The translations under genes were made by a program, and so were the position numbers. From assembly GCA_010356995.1 (NCBI GenBank), contig ML996699.1, forward strand, positions 1 to 64,000: a DNA stretch of 64,000 nucleotides. Direction: 5' to 3'. The notes under the pieces were generated by a model. It was not told where the DNA came from, did no database searches, and saw only the letters and a program-made list of their open reading frames with translations. Shown piece after piece: positions 11,950-24,014 of this stretch; position 1 is the first letter of the stretch; each line of letters begins with the position of its first letter. The stretch comes from Trichodelitschia bisporula. Its lineage: Eukaryota.

Positions 11950-13278
11950 ATGGCAGCATCTTCGACCGCTCCGGTCGCTATACCCGCAGCTCCAGCAACA
12001 GCTACCGTCACCGCAAAGCAACCCTCACTCTCCGACGCCGCCAGAAAGGGGCATCTGAGCCTCAACACCTTTTCGCCCGTCAACCAGAACGGGAGCTTCG
12101 AGTTCGACCGCGTACTGAAGGCAGGCAACGCGCTAAAGCGCACGCGCAAGACAAAGGTCAGTTCCAGGCGTCTATACTGAGCTCTACAAGCTACCAGACT
12201 AACACCACCACAGTCGTGGAAACCTGTGCACCTCATACTGCGCCCTAACCTCCTCTCCATCTACCGCGACGCCGAAGGCACCAAGCTCCGCCATCAAATA
12301 ACCCTCTCCGACCTCACCGCCGTCGCGCGCCAACGCGACCCCAAGCGCAAGGCAAAGCACGTCTTCGGGCTCTTCTCGCCAGAGCGCAACTTCCACCTCG
12401 AGGCGCCGAGCGAGGCCGATGCACAACACTGGGTCACACTGATCCGGACAGAGGCGCGCATCGACGAGGATCACGGCGAACCGCCGCTGAGCCCGATGGG
12501 GCCGGCACCGGCGCCGGTTCGTGTGGGTGATGGCAGTGCTGAGGCTACGGCCGCGGGGTCTAGCTCGTCTGATGATGCGCGTACGCGCCGTGGCCCAAAT
12601 GTCATGAATCCGAGTAGAATGCATAGCTCGCGGAGGCCTAGCTATGCACTTCAGGCGTACAGTGGCAACGAGCATGGATCGTACTCTGATTTTTCGGACG
12701 CGTTCCCGGAGTCGAGTCTGTCGCTGGCGGGTGTTGCAGCGCAGAACACAGGCGCAGTTACAGCGAATACGGCAGCGACTTCCGGAGCGACCACGGCGCC
12801 CGCAGCAACCATGGCTCCTCCAGCACCCCGGACGGGCTCCATTTACCCGTCGCGCCCCGCCGCCGCGCGCAACGCCAGCCAGATGAGCTATATCGACTCG
12901 GAGCGTGTGGTGTACCACGGGTGGCTGTACCTGCTAAAGTCAAAGGGTGGCGTGCGGCAATGGAAGACGGTGTGGGCGGTGCTGCGGCCCAAGTCGCTAG
13001 CCCTGTACAAGGACGAAGAGGAATATCGGGCGCTGCTGGTGATCCAATTCCCAAGCATCATCAACGCCGTCGACATCAACCCGCAGTCAAAGAGCAAGCG
13101 CTTCTGCTTCCAACTGATTACCGACGAGCGCAACTACCGCTTCTGCGCCACGACGGAGGAGGAGCTGGCGAAGTGGCTCGGTGCGCTGAAGAGTCTGATC
13201 ATGCGGCGCAAGGAGACGGCGGGTGAGGCGGCTGGGAGTGTGGAGACGCTGGCCAGGGAGGCGGCGCTAACGAAGTAG
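11950..13278 (+). CDS. OPY1: Tandem PH-domain protein, Opy1-like
   Basis: LNTFSPVNQNGSFEFDRVLK..KRTRKTK|SWKPVHLILRPNLLSIYRD (PH1) and VYHGWLYLLKSKGGVRQWK..NYRFCA..WLGALK (PH2). Intron about 12157-12213. Confidence 0.85.
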
Positions 13279-15029
13279 CGGTGCATCTTCCGCGTGACAC
13301 GGCGGCTGATCTGGTAATGTGGTGGTAATGGCGACCGTGTTGCGGACTATCGACTATCGGCTGTGTGCAGACTGCTAATGGGGCTGTATCAATGAGGCTT
13401 ACGACGCCTACGAGACTTATGACGGAGTTGGAAAGCGGCTGGGTGCCTGTACGACTTGTACGGCGTCGGCGAGCAATCAACTCTTTGTTCCAGACATTAA
13501 ACGTATTGGTGCTGAGCGTGCGGGCCTTGCGCTTGCAGTGAGCATCGAGTGCAGTAAGCAAGCAGTGATTGCGACGTGAGCCGTTGCCGGCGGAGACGTA
13601 TGGAGATGATGAATGGAGGCAGCAAGCGGTCAGGCCCGTCGCTTTGAAGCAGACAGGCCACCGATATGTACCTCGTCTCGCCGCCGGAGCAAAGACCGGA
13701 TCTGACCAGCTACCACAGGCCTGCTTCCGCTCCCCTCCGCATCCCAGGCATACGGCTGACTGATTGCTGCGGGTCAGCACGGGGGTTCCGGGGATCAAAT
13801 ACGGCGAGGGCGGGAGTTGTACAGCAATCGATAGTCACGATAGTCATGAGGATCGCGATTGGGAGTGGCCTTTGTTCTAGATTTGAACTAGGCGCTGGTG
13901 GTTAGATCTGGTGCAGCGGGTGACCATGTGCTCAATGCAACTGGCACGCAGCTAAGTTTATGTACAGTACGTAGTATGGGGATGGTTGTTTGCTGGTGAC
14001 GAATGGGATGCAGGCTACTCTATCGCTAGAACTACTGGATGCGGGGTTGACCAGTCTCCTGGTTCTTGTTGGCCTGTTGGTGGAGCGGGTGAAGCCGCGA
14101 TAGTGGAACCTTGCTGCTGGAACCAGATGAGGCAAGTGGTCGGCTGGTTTGTGTAGAAGATGCGATCTCTGCATCTCTGGGCTTCCAGCAACTGCAAGTG
14201 CAGCTCGGCAAGAGATTGACACCCGCCCACCAAGTTCTGCAACGTCTCTCTATAGACAAACAAAACACAACACCATCTCCATCCATCCCACGCCCATCTC
14301 CCGCTCTCCCGCTCTCCCACAACCCACGCGCACGGCAAATCCTCACTCGCCAGAAAAAAACAAGCAAAGCCACTATCCCCGCCAAGTCCGTCTACCGCGC
14401 GTTTCATCCCCTCGTCTCCTTGGCTTTCTGCACCAGGCCCCGCGGCGCTCTCCCTAGAACTTTAGTGGCTCACCCCCTTGGACCAAGGCTTTTCACGCAA
14501 AGTGCGTGCCTTGCCTGCCCTGCCCGCCCCAGCAACTCCTCGCCCTGGATCGAAATTTCCGAGCCGCTTTGAACTCAATCTGGCCCTGGTGTCGCTTCTC
14601 CACCCCCGACCCTGAAGCCCCCCAGACACAACTTCGCACTACAACTCCACATCGAACATCAACGTCGATTCGAACTGCATTACCAGCAAACTCGCGGATT
14701 CACATCGTCATCCATCCTCCGGGCTACAAGCACCAGGCAATTCGCCACGCGAATCAGCGCAGCGTCGCATCCGTTCTGTCCTACCGGTGCGCTGTCAACG
14801 CCAATGACCCGTTGAGCGCAACGACCTTCGTCTCCGCATCGTACACGGACCTCCAGTCCAACCACCCTCATTTCGCCATAGTTTGCCTGGTCTCGCGTCG
14901 ATTTGGATCTTTTGACTTCCGACGTCCTGCATTAAGCTTCCGAACGGTATTACAATTCAACGTGCCGCCATAACTCTATCCCCCTCTCCGCTGCGCATTG
15001 CCGTCGGTGCTCGTTGACGAGCCGTCATC

Positions 15030-18000
15030 ATGACGCGCCCTCAGATGGTCCGAGCAGGTAAGTAATGCGAGCAATCTTTCCCGACAGCTGCTGACAATCA
15101 GACACCATCGACCTGCAAGACCCCACCTCTCCGTCCGCACAAGACCACAGTCGCAAACCCGCAGCCACCTCAAGTCAGCTCGCCCCGCACCAAGCGTCGG
15201 AGATCCGACATGCAAAGGAGGAGCGCACAGTCGAGGCCGGCAATCTCTCGCACTCGTGGCACGACGTCAACGGGCTGAGTGACGAGCCGCCAGCCGACGA
15301 TGGCGAGGCAACTACAGACACGCCCGCCGAAGAGGAGGGTGCCGACGAGAGCGACGACGGTGACGAAGAGATGGTCGACAAGATGTCCAGTTCTCCTTCT
15401 ATCAGCGATGGTGGGTATCCTCGTCCTCTATGGCCCCCGCGCAAGTCGTCCTTGACTACATCCCCCTCCCCTCTGCGTGTCGCGTCGCCGGCCGTACCCC
15501 TCCCCCCGCTGCGGGTGTGGTCGCCGGTCCCGCCTCTCCTCCCTCCCCCGGTGGAGTCGCCAATGAAACGCCCGCAGCACGCTGCTGCGGACGAGGCGGA
15601 CATTGCAGACTTTGCGTGGTCGTTTGGCAGCGAACCGGAGCGTAGTCTGCCTGACCTCGCACCTTTCTCGCCGTTCAGATCCACCACCCACCTCCCTCTG
15701 GACCTGGCCGACAACTCGTCTGCGGAGCATCATCATTACAGCGACGACGGATACAGAGAGTTTCACGAGACACGTGGCTCTGGGGCATATGAGTTGTCGT
15801 GGAATGGGTATACGAGTCGCATCGGGTATCGGAGTCGCTTCGACGAGGGCTACGATTCCGACGACAGCGACGAGGCGGTGCCGTCACGTGTATTCGTGAG
15901 CCGGCCGTCGACATTTACGGCCCGTGAGCTGCAGCGCGTTGACGGAGATGATGACGTAATGAGCGATGATGGCGACGATGAGTGGGAGACGGACGAAGAC
16001 TGGGATGATGATGCCTCCGCGGACAGTTGGGAATCGCAGGACTACGTACCGGACGACTCTCCCATGGATGAGCGCTTTGTTGACTCCGGCTGGGGCGGAG
16101 AGTGCTTACAAGAACCAGAGGACATTGACTTTGAGTTTGTCTACGCACTGCACACTTTCGTAGCGACAGTCGAGGGACAAGCAAATGCCCAGAAGGGCGA
16201 TACGATGGAGTTGCTAGATGACAGCAACTCTTACTGGTGGCTCGTGCGGGTCGTGAAGGACAGCACCATTGGTGAGTCGATATCCCATCCATGTATATTC
16301 ACGCAGCTGACAGTCAGGCTACCTCCCTGCGGAGCACATTGAGACGCCGACGGAGCGCCTCGCGCGGTTAAACAAGCACCGCAATGTCGATGTAAGTAGG
16401 CCACAGCTTGACGACCGCGCTGACCACCAGCTCTCGCAAACCATGCTTGGCGATACGACGGAGAAGTCGAAGAATCCCCTCAAGAAAGCCATCCGCCGGC
16501 GCAACGCCAAGCAGGTCACCTTCACCGCCCCCACGTACGTCGAGGCGTCCGACTACGACTACTCGTCGGAGGAGGACGAGGCTGAGCCTGAGGAGCCTGA
16601 AGAAATTGCCGAGGAGGAGCCCGAGGCCGTCGCACCACTCAGCGTCAAGAAGAAGGAAGAGTCGCCCGAACGTGAGAAGACGCTCGAGCGCAAGGCGAGC
16701 ATAGACTCAGATCAGTCGTGTAGGTCGATCCTTGAAGAATTATGCACCGCTAACCCCGCAGTCGGCCCTGGGCGCTCGCGCAACGGTACCGTACGCAACA
16801 CGGACAGCTTCTTCAAGGACGACACCGTAGAAACGCGCAAGATCACGCTGACACCAAACTTGCTACGCGACGACAGCAGCAGCACATCGACGACGCGCTC
16901 CGTCGAGCGCGAGAGGCCAAGCTTCGAGGAGCGTCTAAGCAGCGAACGTGCCCGCGACGACAAGAAAAAGAAGGAGAAGAAGGGCATGCTGAGCGGCCTG
17001 TTCAAAAGGAAAGACAAGAAGAAGGCCGATGAATCTCTTATTCTCACACGCGACGCCTCGGGCGTGCGCGAACGCGACTCTCGAAGACCAAATGACGTCA
17101 ATGACTCCCCCACTAACGATTCTGAAGACACTCTCAACGGTACCGAGCGCATCGAGCCGCAGCGCACCGAGCCCCAGCGTACCCCGTCCAAGGGCAAGCT
17201 CACCAAGAGCCCACCGCCCATCATCTTACCGCCCGCCGGCCCCGGACGCACGCCGAGCCCCGCGAAAACTGAAGACATCACCCCCACCGACAAGCCCGTT
17301 GACAACGCTATGCACCCCGAGACCACCGACAACGCGCCAAAGTCCGACAACCCGTTTGCCGATCCCGTATCCGCACCCTCACCTGCCCCCGCACCTACCC
17401 CTGTACCAGCAGCGCTCAAGTCTATGGAGCGTCTCTCCGAGTCACCGGTGCACATCACGTCCGCAGACGCAGCAGACGATCCTCCTGCGCTAGTCGGCGG
17501 CTCATCGGCCAGTTCATCGAGTGATGAGCTCGCAAGTCTGGCTAGCAGTCCGAGCTTGAACGGTGTTGCGGGTTCGTTCGATTCGGCCTCTGGTCGAACA
17601 GCAGATGCGATTGCTGCCGCTGCCGCTGCCGCTGCGGGAACTGTTGTAGCTGGCGCAGCGGTTGCTTCTTCGGCCGGATCGTCGGCCACGGTTACGCCTG
17701 CGGCTGCTGCTGCAGGCTCGCCTCTGGCTTCCTCCGGCCCGTTTCCGCCGCCGACGCGCGAAGCGCCCATACCCACTGCCCAATCACAGCAGCAACAGCA
17801 AGCCCGCGGCGCAGCTTCCGACAATAGTTCATCCAGCAGCGCGCTCTCTTCACCCTCATCTGGGCCGTCGTGGTCAGATGCGCAACTCCGGGCGTACATT
17901 GACGAAAGCGGCACAATGGAGATTCGGAATCTGCTTCTCGTCGTGCGAGACAAGAGAGGGGTTGTACCGGTTGATAATGGACATGCGCTTATGTCGGGGT

Positions 18001-18101
18001 TGTATCAGGCTGATGTTGGCGCGTGTAAGGAGCTAGAGAGTTCGCTGGATGGGTTGTTGCTGGGCCTTGTCGGGCGGAGGAGAGCGCGCGGGAGGGGATA
18101 G
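15030..18101 (+). CDS. tea4: SH3-domain cell-end marker, Tea4/Bud14/TeaC family
   Basis: MTRPQMVRA|DTIDLQD start; EDIDFEFVYALHTFVATVEGQANAQKGD..DDSNSYWWLVRVVKD..GYLPAEHIETPTERLARLNKHRN SH3; KQVTF PP1-docking-like motif; WSDAQLRAY C-terminal block. Several short introns. Confidence 0.92.
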
Positions 18102-18760
18102 ATGTTCTTATTAGGGTTTGCGAACGAGCTGGGACTGTATGATGTGTGCAATTTTTTAGCTGGCGTTCGATGGGCGGGGTGGAGGTTCGATTCGACCGGG
18201 GGCGCATTTTCATGATTGGCACGATGGACGGCGTTTATGCCCATTCTTGCGGCGATGTATGGCCGCCGCTAGGGGGTGTTTAGGGGCTGGGATGGTGTGT
18301 ATCAATTGAGCTCTGTGGAGATGATGCTGATGGTATTGCTGGTGTTTGTGACCTGCGACTTGCGACGTGCTTTCTGCTTGCTGAGATGGTTAGACGCCGA
18401 TCGTGAGCCAGCTGACTCCTGTTCCGTGCTACTACTCTCTTTTCCCAGCACCTGAAAGAGATATGATGTTGGGTTCTCTGCCGCTCATGGTCGCCGCATT
18501 TATGCTCTCGGCCGGCGCCCTGGTATAGTCATAAAGGTAGATCTCCGATGCCGTTTTACTGCAGCAGAACACGGTACCCAGTATATTACTACTATCAGCA
18601 GGCTCACTCTTTGCTCGGCGGCGCCGCGTTAGCTAAGTCCTCCTCGCCGCTGTCGTGCTTCTCATTGTTTTTTATGTCCTTTTCACCCTCCTCTTACGAC
18701 TATCACCGCCCTTGAAGCCACTCCCAAAAAGCGAACGCCTCTGCAACATCCGTCCTCACG

Positions 18761-19709
18761 ATGGTCCCTTCCCGCTACCCACCCATCCCTCCAGAAGACA
18801 TCAATGGTCGTGGTAAATGGCACTGTCTGTTCCCTGCGTGTCTTCCCGAATGCCCGATGGGCGAGCGGCTGGCGTCATCTACGTAGAAGAAGCACTTCTG
18901 TGACCAGAGGCCGGAACCACCACGGAAGATACCCTGATCGCTGGAAGTACTATTGCTCTCATTGCCCTGAGGGGCATTGGACCTCCTGTTGGATTATGGA
19001 CAAACATAGCTTGCGTGACAACGATGCTCTGGCCCGGCCGGTTAATGTCATGGTGCCAGCGAAGAGCGGTGCAAAAACCATAGATTTCTTCGAGACGATG
19101 ATAAAGAGTTGGAGAAGTAATCTACAGGGAGGGGTGTGCAAAAGCATAACCGCAGTGTGGGGGCTTGGCGCCAGTCACATGACTGCGCTATTCCCCATAT
19201 GTCACCTCGGTACTGTACTGCCACAGACCACATCATGGCCCTGAGGCATCACACCGTGTATGGCCAGAACTATGACAGTTAACCATGCGGTACGTGATCC
19301 AGGCAGGCAGCACATTGCCGGCGGGAAGGACAATGCCGGCGGGAAGGGCATAGCCGATGGGGGCATCTGTGACTGCGACTTCGACGACTATGACGACGAA
19401 GGACTGAACGGCCCTCACAGCTTTGAAGCGTGTCTGCGCAGAAGCGGCTGGGATCCCAATGTGGGCTGCGATGCGATCTGTGAGTACGAGTACTCCGACT
19501 ACGGCAAGGACGAGAACAAGAACGCGGGTGTCAGCGACAACGGCAATTGCTATTGCTGCTCTGGGAATAGCAGGAGCGGTGGACACAGGGCTGCGGCTGG
19601 ACGGATCTCTGATGATAACGATGGCGACTGGGACGACGAGCTCACCGAGGAAATGGTTTGGAAGCTTCGCCGCCGCGATAGGGCGATTGATGCGGGGCGC
19701 CTTTGGTAG
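18761..19709 (+). other. Fragmentary ORFs of unknown status, possibly a decayed lineage-specific gene
   Basis: Cys/His-containing pieces in different frames (GKWHCL..C; NHHGRY..WKYYCSHC) and an acidic Cys-rich ORF at 19260-19709 with an 18-bp triplicated unit. No continuous reading frame. Confidence 0.25.
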
Positions 19710-20544
19710 TTCAAATCTTGCCCTCCGTCCCGCCGGTCGTAGTGTTGTCTACATCACCATCTCTGTCCTCTCACGCAGCACTCAGCCGTTCTAGTTGTTC
19801 TGAGAGAAAACTTGGTCGGTCAGTTTTGCAGCGATGAGGGAATGCTTTCGGTGGGTTCACTGCGAGATGTTAGGTATGATGGAGCGGAGTTGAAACTGTG
19901 GTATATTTCAGGAGTTAGGGAGTATATTCATCTTTAAATCAATATCTTCCAGAGAGTCCTGACGGCCTCTGTTCACATCTTGCTCACGCACCTTCACTGC
20001 CACATGCACCTCGAACTGTGTACTTCTTCTTTGCGGCATCCTTAGCATGTGCACTCTCGTCCGACAGCAAGAGGTGCGAGGAGACGCCGAGACCGGGCAA
20101 TATGACAAAGTGTCTTATATCAGACCCGGCCAGTTGGAATGAGGCTGAACGTGGACACCAGCCACGACGGCCAGGCAAATATGACGTCGACTACATGTCC
20201 TCACTTTAGTCGTTGCTTCCATCCGGTCAGTTTACAGTATGCAAGCACCGCGTTGCTGGGTTGGCCAGAACATTTTCCTTTGGGACGGTACTGGCGTTTG
20301 CGGGTGACGACTGATATCGCGACTTCCATCGTGGTCAAAGATCACGCTAGGCTACTTGTGGGGGGGTTGCGCCTTCGTCTTTTGGCAGTGACGACGACCA
20401 AGGGGGGGGTCGTGCCTTCTCTTTTAGGTAATCGCCAGCAACAACGACCCGTGCCTGCTGTTTTGGCGACCGCCCTCCCGTGCTCGGCTGTAAAGGACTG
20501 TGCACCATCCAGAGTTGCTCCTTGGCTGGGGGGACTGGGGGGAG

Positions 20545-20551
20545 TATAAAA
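20545..20551 (+). promoter_or_regulatory. TATA box of the secreted Cys-rich gene
   Basis: TATAAAA about 155 bp upstream of ATG 20702, followed by a CT-rich tract. Confidence 0.6.
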
Positions 20552-20701
20552 GGCAGATCCACCGCCCTTCTCCAACGAACTTTTTACTACAATCCTCATT
20601 CTCTGCTTTCGAATCCCCCGCTCTTTTTCAGTCTCTGACTCCAACGTCCAGCATTCTAACTCGACATCACCAACCGGTCACTTCGCTCTTTGTTCGTCAA
20701 G

Positions 20702-21812
20702 ATGAAGTTCTCTGTCATTTCCGCTGGTGTGTTTGTGGCCCTGTGCCGCTTCGGTGCTGCTGAGGTTCAGACGATCTCTGAGCCTAAGGGTGCGAGCTCG
20801 CACGCGCCGTCGTTCACGACGCTGACTTCGTCGTGCTCGGAGTCCTTCGCGCAGTTTGTCACTTGGCCCGCGTCGGTGACTGAGCTGGCTAAGGTGTTCC
20901 CTTCAACGGCGTCTGAGAACTCCACTCATCCTGTTCCGACTCGTCCCGTTCATAAGGCGGGGATCAAGGAGTTGATCAAGTCGTACATGTCGGCGCATTC
21001 GAATCATACGGCTCCTGCGGCCCATACGGTTCAGACGGTGTCTGTGAACGTCACTCATACGGTTCATACGGCTCATGCGGTTCATACGGTGTCGCCTCGT
21101 GCGGTGTACGTTCCCTCTGCGGTCATTCCTACCACGTTCCCCAAGACTTGGCCTCCGGACTCGTCGTGGCTCGACAACATCACCGACACCGGTGACCAGT
21201 GCACTACCCGTTGTGACCGGTACTTCAAGTACTGCCTCGAGGTTTGTGTCTCTGCTTGCACTGTTTAACTGTTTGCTGACCCCTGACAGGACTTTGGCTG
21301 TACCTACCCCTACACGGATGCGTGTCGCCAGGCTTCCCAGTGTGATCTGGTGACTTGCAAGAACGGCGCTGGGTACTCGGCGGTAAGTATTCCACTATGG
21401 ATCGGGGCCTACCTGACATTTCCAGTGTGGTGGTTGTGGTTACAATCCTCCTTCGTGCTTCTACCAGGATCCGATTTTGACCGACCCGTCTAAGGACCTG
21501 GCGATCAAGAACGGTTGGAAGGGTCCTTTCCCGTCCAATGTCACTGAGAAGCGCGATTGGTGTGATATGTACTGCACCATGCCGCTTGTGGCTTGCATCG
21601 GGAACACGGAGGTCAAGGACACGACTCAAGGCGTGACTGACTACAAGCACTGTCGTCTGGATATTTGCAAGGCTTCACCTGGTCGTCTTGTAAGTTGGTC
21701 TGCCGTCTCTTGACTCTGCTAACAGCGATAGTGTGGCCCTATGTGCGGCGTGTACCAGACTCCGGACTGCCCGCCTTTCCAGGTGGATCATGGTGGATTG
21801 ATTGTGGAATGA
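20702..21812 (+). CDS. Secreted protein of about 325 aa with S/T/H-rich N-terminal half and two tandem Cys-rich modules
   Basis: Signal peptide MKFSVISAGVFVALCRFGAA. Exons 20702-21241, 21290-21382, 21426-21689 and 21732-21812 join in frame with canonical GT/CTRAC/AG introns; TGA at 21810-21812. Confidence 0.82.
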
Positions 21813-21994
21813 CGACGTGACGTGGTGACTAACCGACGCTGCAGAGTCTGAAGTTGTCAGCTTAGCGATTGGGTGATAGGGTAGAATCTACTTGATTTGG
21901 CCCTCCCACTCCGGGACATGTCCTCTGTGATGTGCGCTCTGTGATGTTATGCTTGTCGTGATGTCTTGCCACTATATCTGTTGGTGTTGGACAG

Positions 21995-22100
21995 GCACCA
22001 ACTGCCGCTGCTCGCCTGGTACCAACTGCTACTGCTTGATGCGTACCAAACCGCCACCTTGATGCGTACCAAACCGCCACTTCTTGACGCGCACCAATAC
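21995..22100. repeat. Degenerate 21-24 bp tandem repeat between convergent genes
   Basis: cttgatgcgtaccaaaccgccac occurs twice in tandem, with flanking degenerate copies. Confidence 0.6.
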
Positions 22101-22244
22101 CGTCTCCGATCGACCTCCATCGCTCGATTGTATCTGCTTGAATTGCCGACGTTCAATCGTCGAGCCCCACATCACCGAGACTTGGCATCGCCCACCATTT
22201 GATATCACATCAGGCCTCACGCATTCATCACTCCTCTCCATTCT

Positions 22245-22927
22245 TTATTCAAACTCACTCCGCGGCTCAGGTGCCACATACCCCCGCCGCAGCAACCACA
22301 TCGCAAGCCCATCCTCCACGCGCGCAAACTGCCCCTAATTAGCCTCCCCCTCCCTTCCTGGAAAATACTCACAAATCCCTTTGGCGTAACCCCATCCCGC
22401 ACCCACACCGACTGCGCTCCCATCATATTCGCCAGCATAACATCTGTCAACAGTCTATCCCCCACAACCGCAATTTGGTCCGGCGAAGTGATGCGGAGCT
22501 CTGGGTGCGCGCGCAGGTACGCCAGTACCGCGGGCCCGCAGCCGGGTTTCTTGGTGCCGTGCCGGAGGACCTTCACGCCGGTTTCGCGCTCTAGGGCGAG
22601 GGCTTGGGCGGAGGCGGGGTCGGAGGATGTGCCGGCTGTGTTGGAAACTATGAGGAGGGCGGCGGAGGGGTAGGTGGCTTTTAGCCGGGAGAAGGTGGAT
22701 TGGCAGGAGGGGTGGATAGACAGGGAGTGGGGGGCGGCAAAGCAGTTGTCCTTGTCGAGGATTATGGCCCGGATGGTGGTTGGTTTTTGGTCGGGGGAGG
22801 GTGGGATGGTGAGAGGGATAGGGAGGTGCGCGAAGGTGGGGATTGTGAGGTGTGGGAGGATTAGGGAGGGTTGGTGGAGGAGGCGGAGGGTATTGAGAGT
22901 GCCGGAGAGGTTGAAGGAGGAGGCCAT
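22245..22927 (-). CDS. GEP4: Mitochondrial phosphatidylglycerophosphate phosphatase (HAD family)
   Basis: AIILDKDNCF, LLIVSNTAG, KKPGC and AVVGDRLLTDVMLANMMG motifs. Intron 22329-22372; last exon FARVED..SEFE*. Confidence 0.93.
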
Positions 22928-23187
22928 GATGTCGGCGAGGGGAGAGGGGAGGAATTGTGCGTGATCGTGAGGATGAGGCTATTCCGATGTCCTGGTTTGT
23001 AGGCGTGATGTCAATGGGACGAAGGCTTGTGATTGGCTTGGAATTGACGGCCGGGCCGGGTGTACGTTGCCCCGGTCTGTGCTGCGGGATGCTGCGCGGT
23101 GCCTGCGCGACGACCGATATCCAGACGCCGCACGCTTTCTACACAACATCCACTCCACCTACACCCACAAGCCTCACACCCGCAAAC

Positions 23188-23681
23188 ATGACGAGCACCA
23201 TCGGCATTCCGATCAAGTTGCTCAACGAGGCTACGGTGCGTCCACGCGCCACAAGAAAGAAAGAAAGACAAAGCTAACAACTCCAGGGCCACGTCGTGAC
23301 TCTCGAGCTCACCTCGGGGCAGGTGTACCGCGGCAAGCTGCTAGAAGGTACGCACGAAGTCCCAGCTCCGAACGAACGAGCTAACGCGCACGCAGCCGAA
23401 GACAACATGAACGTGCAGCTGAAGGACATCACCGTGACAGCGCGCGACGGCCGCGTCTCCCATCTCGACCAGGTGTACATCCGGGGGAGCCATGTGCGGT
23501 ACTTTATCGTGCCGGATATGCTGCGGTAAGTCTGGTCTGTCCGTGTGAGGGAGAATGGTACTGATGGGACAGGAATGCGCCTATGTTCCGCCAGAAGGAT
23601 CGGAAGGGCCGGGGTGTTGGGCTGGCTCGTGGACGGGCGACGGTTAGTCGGGCAAGGGGACAGCGCGGTGGAACGAGATAA
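23188..23681 (+). CDS. SMD3: Small nuclear ribonucleoprotein Sm D3
   Basis: [68 protein letters not shown] tail. Three introns. Confidence 0.97.
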
Positions 23682-24014
23682 GTGGATACTGGTTACGGCG
23701 CATGGTTTGGGAAAATGGTTTTGCGGTCGTGGTTACAGGCTGGTGGATGGCTTTTTGCGGGCTATACTACGGCCAGTTCTACGCATGTGGAGCGCAGGGC
23801 ATTGGCGGTAGATGGCCGGATGCTGCTCTCACGGCGGCTCTGAAGAGCTTTTCTGATGGAGATGGCATCGATCACAGCCTGACGCCACGCTGAGGTGGAC
23901 ACAGCAGCACGCTACATAGACGAATGAATTCCGCCAACGTTACCCTGATCACGTGTCATCGCGCACCTCACCTGATGCCAGCCGCACCCGCCCCATCAAC
24001 ACCCCATCAACACC

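Noticed and set aside
18155..18210. GGTTCGATTC B-box-like sequence suggesting a tRNA
   Set aside because: The T-stem flanks (ggagg/cgacc) do not pair, and I cannot build an acceptor or anticodon stem. It lies in the tea4 3' flank.
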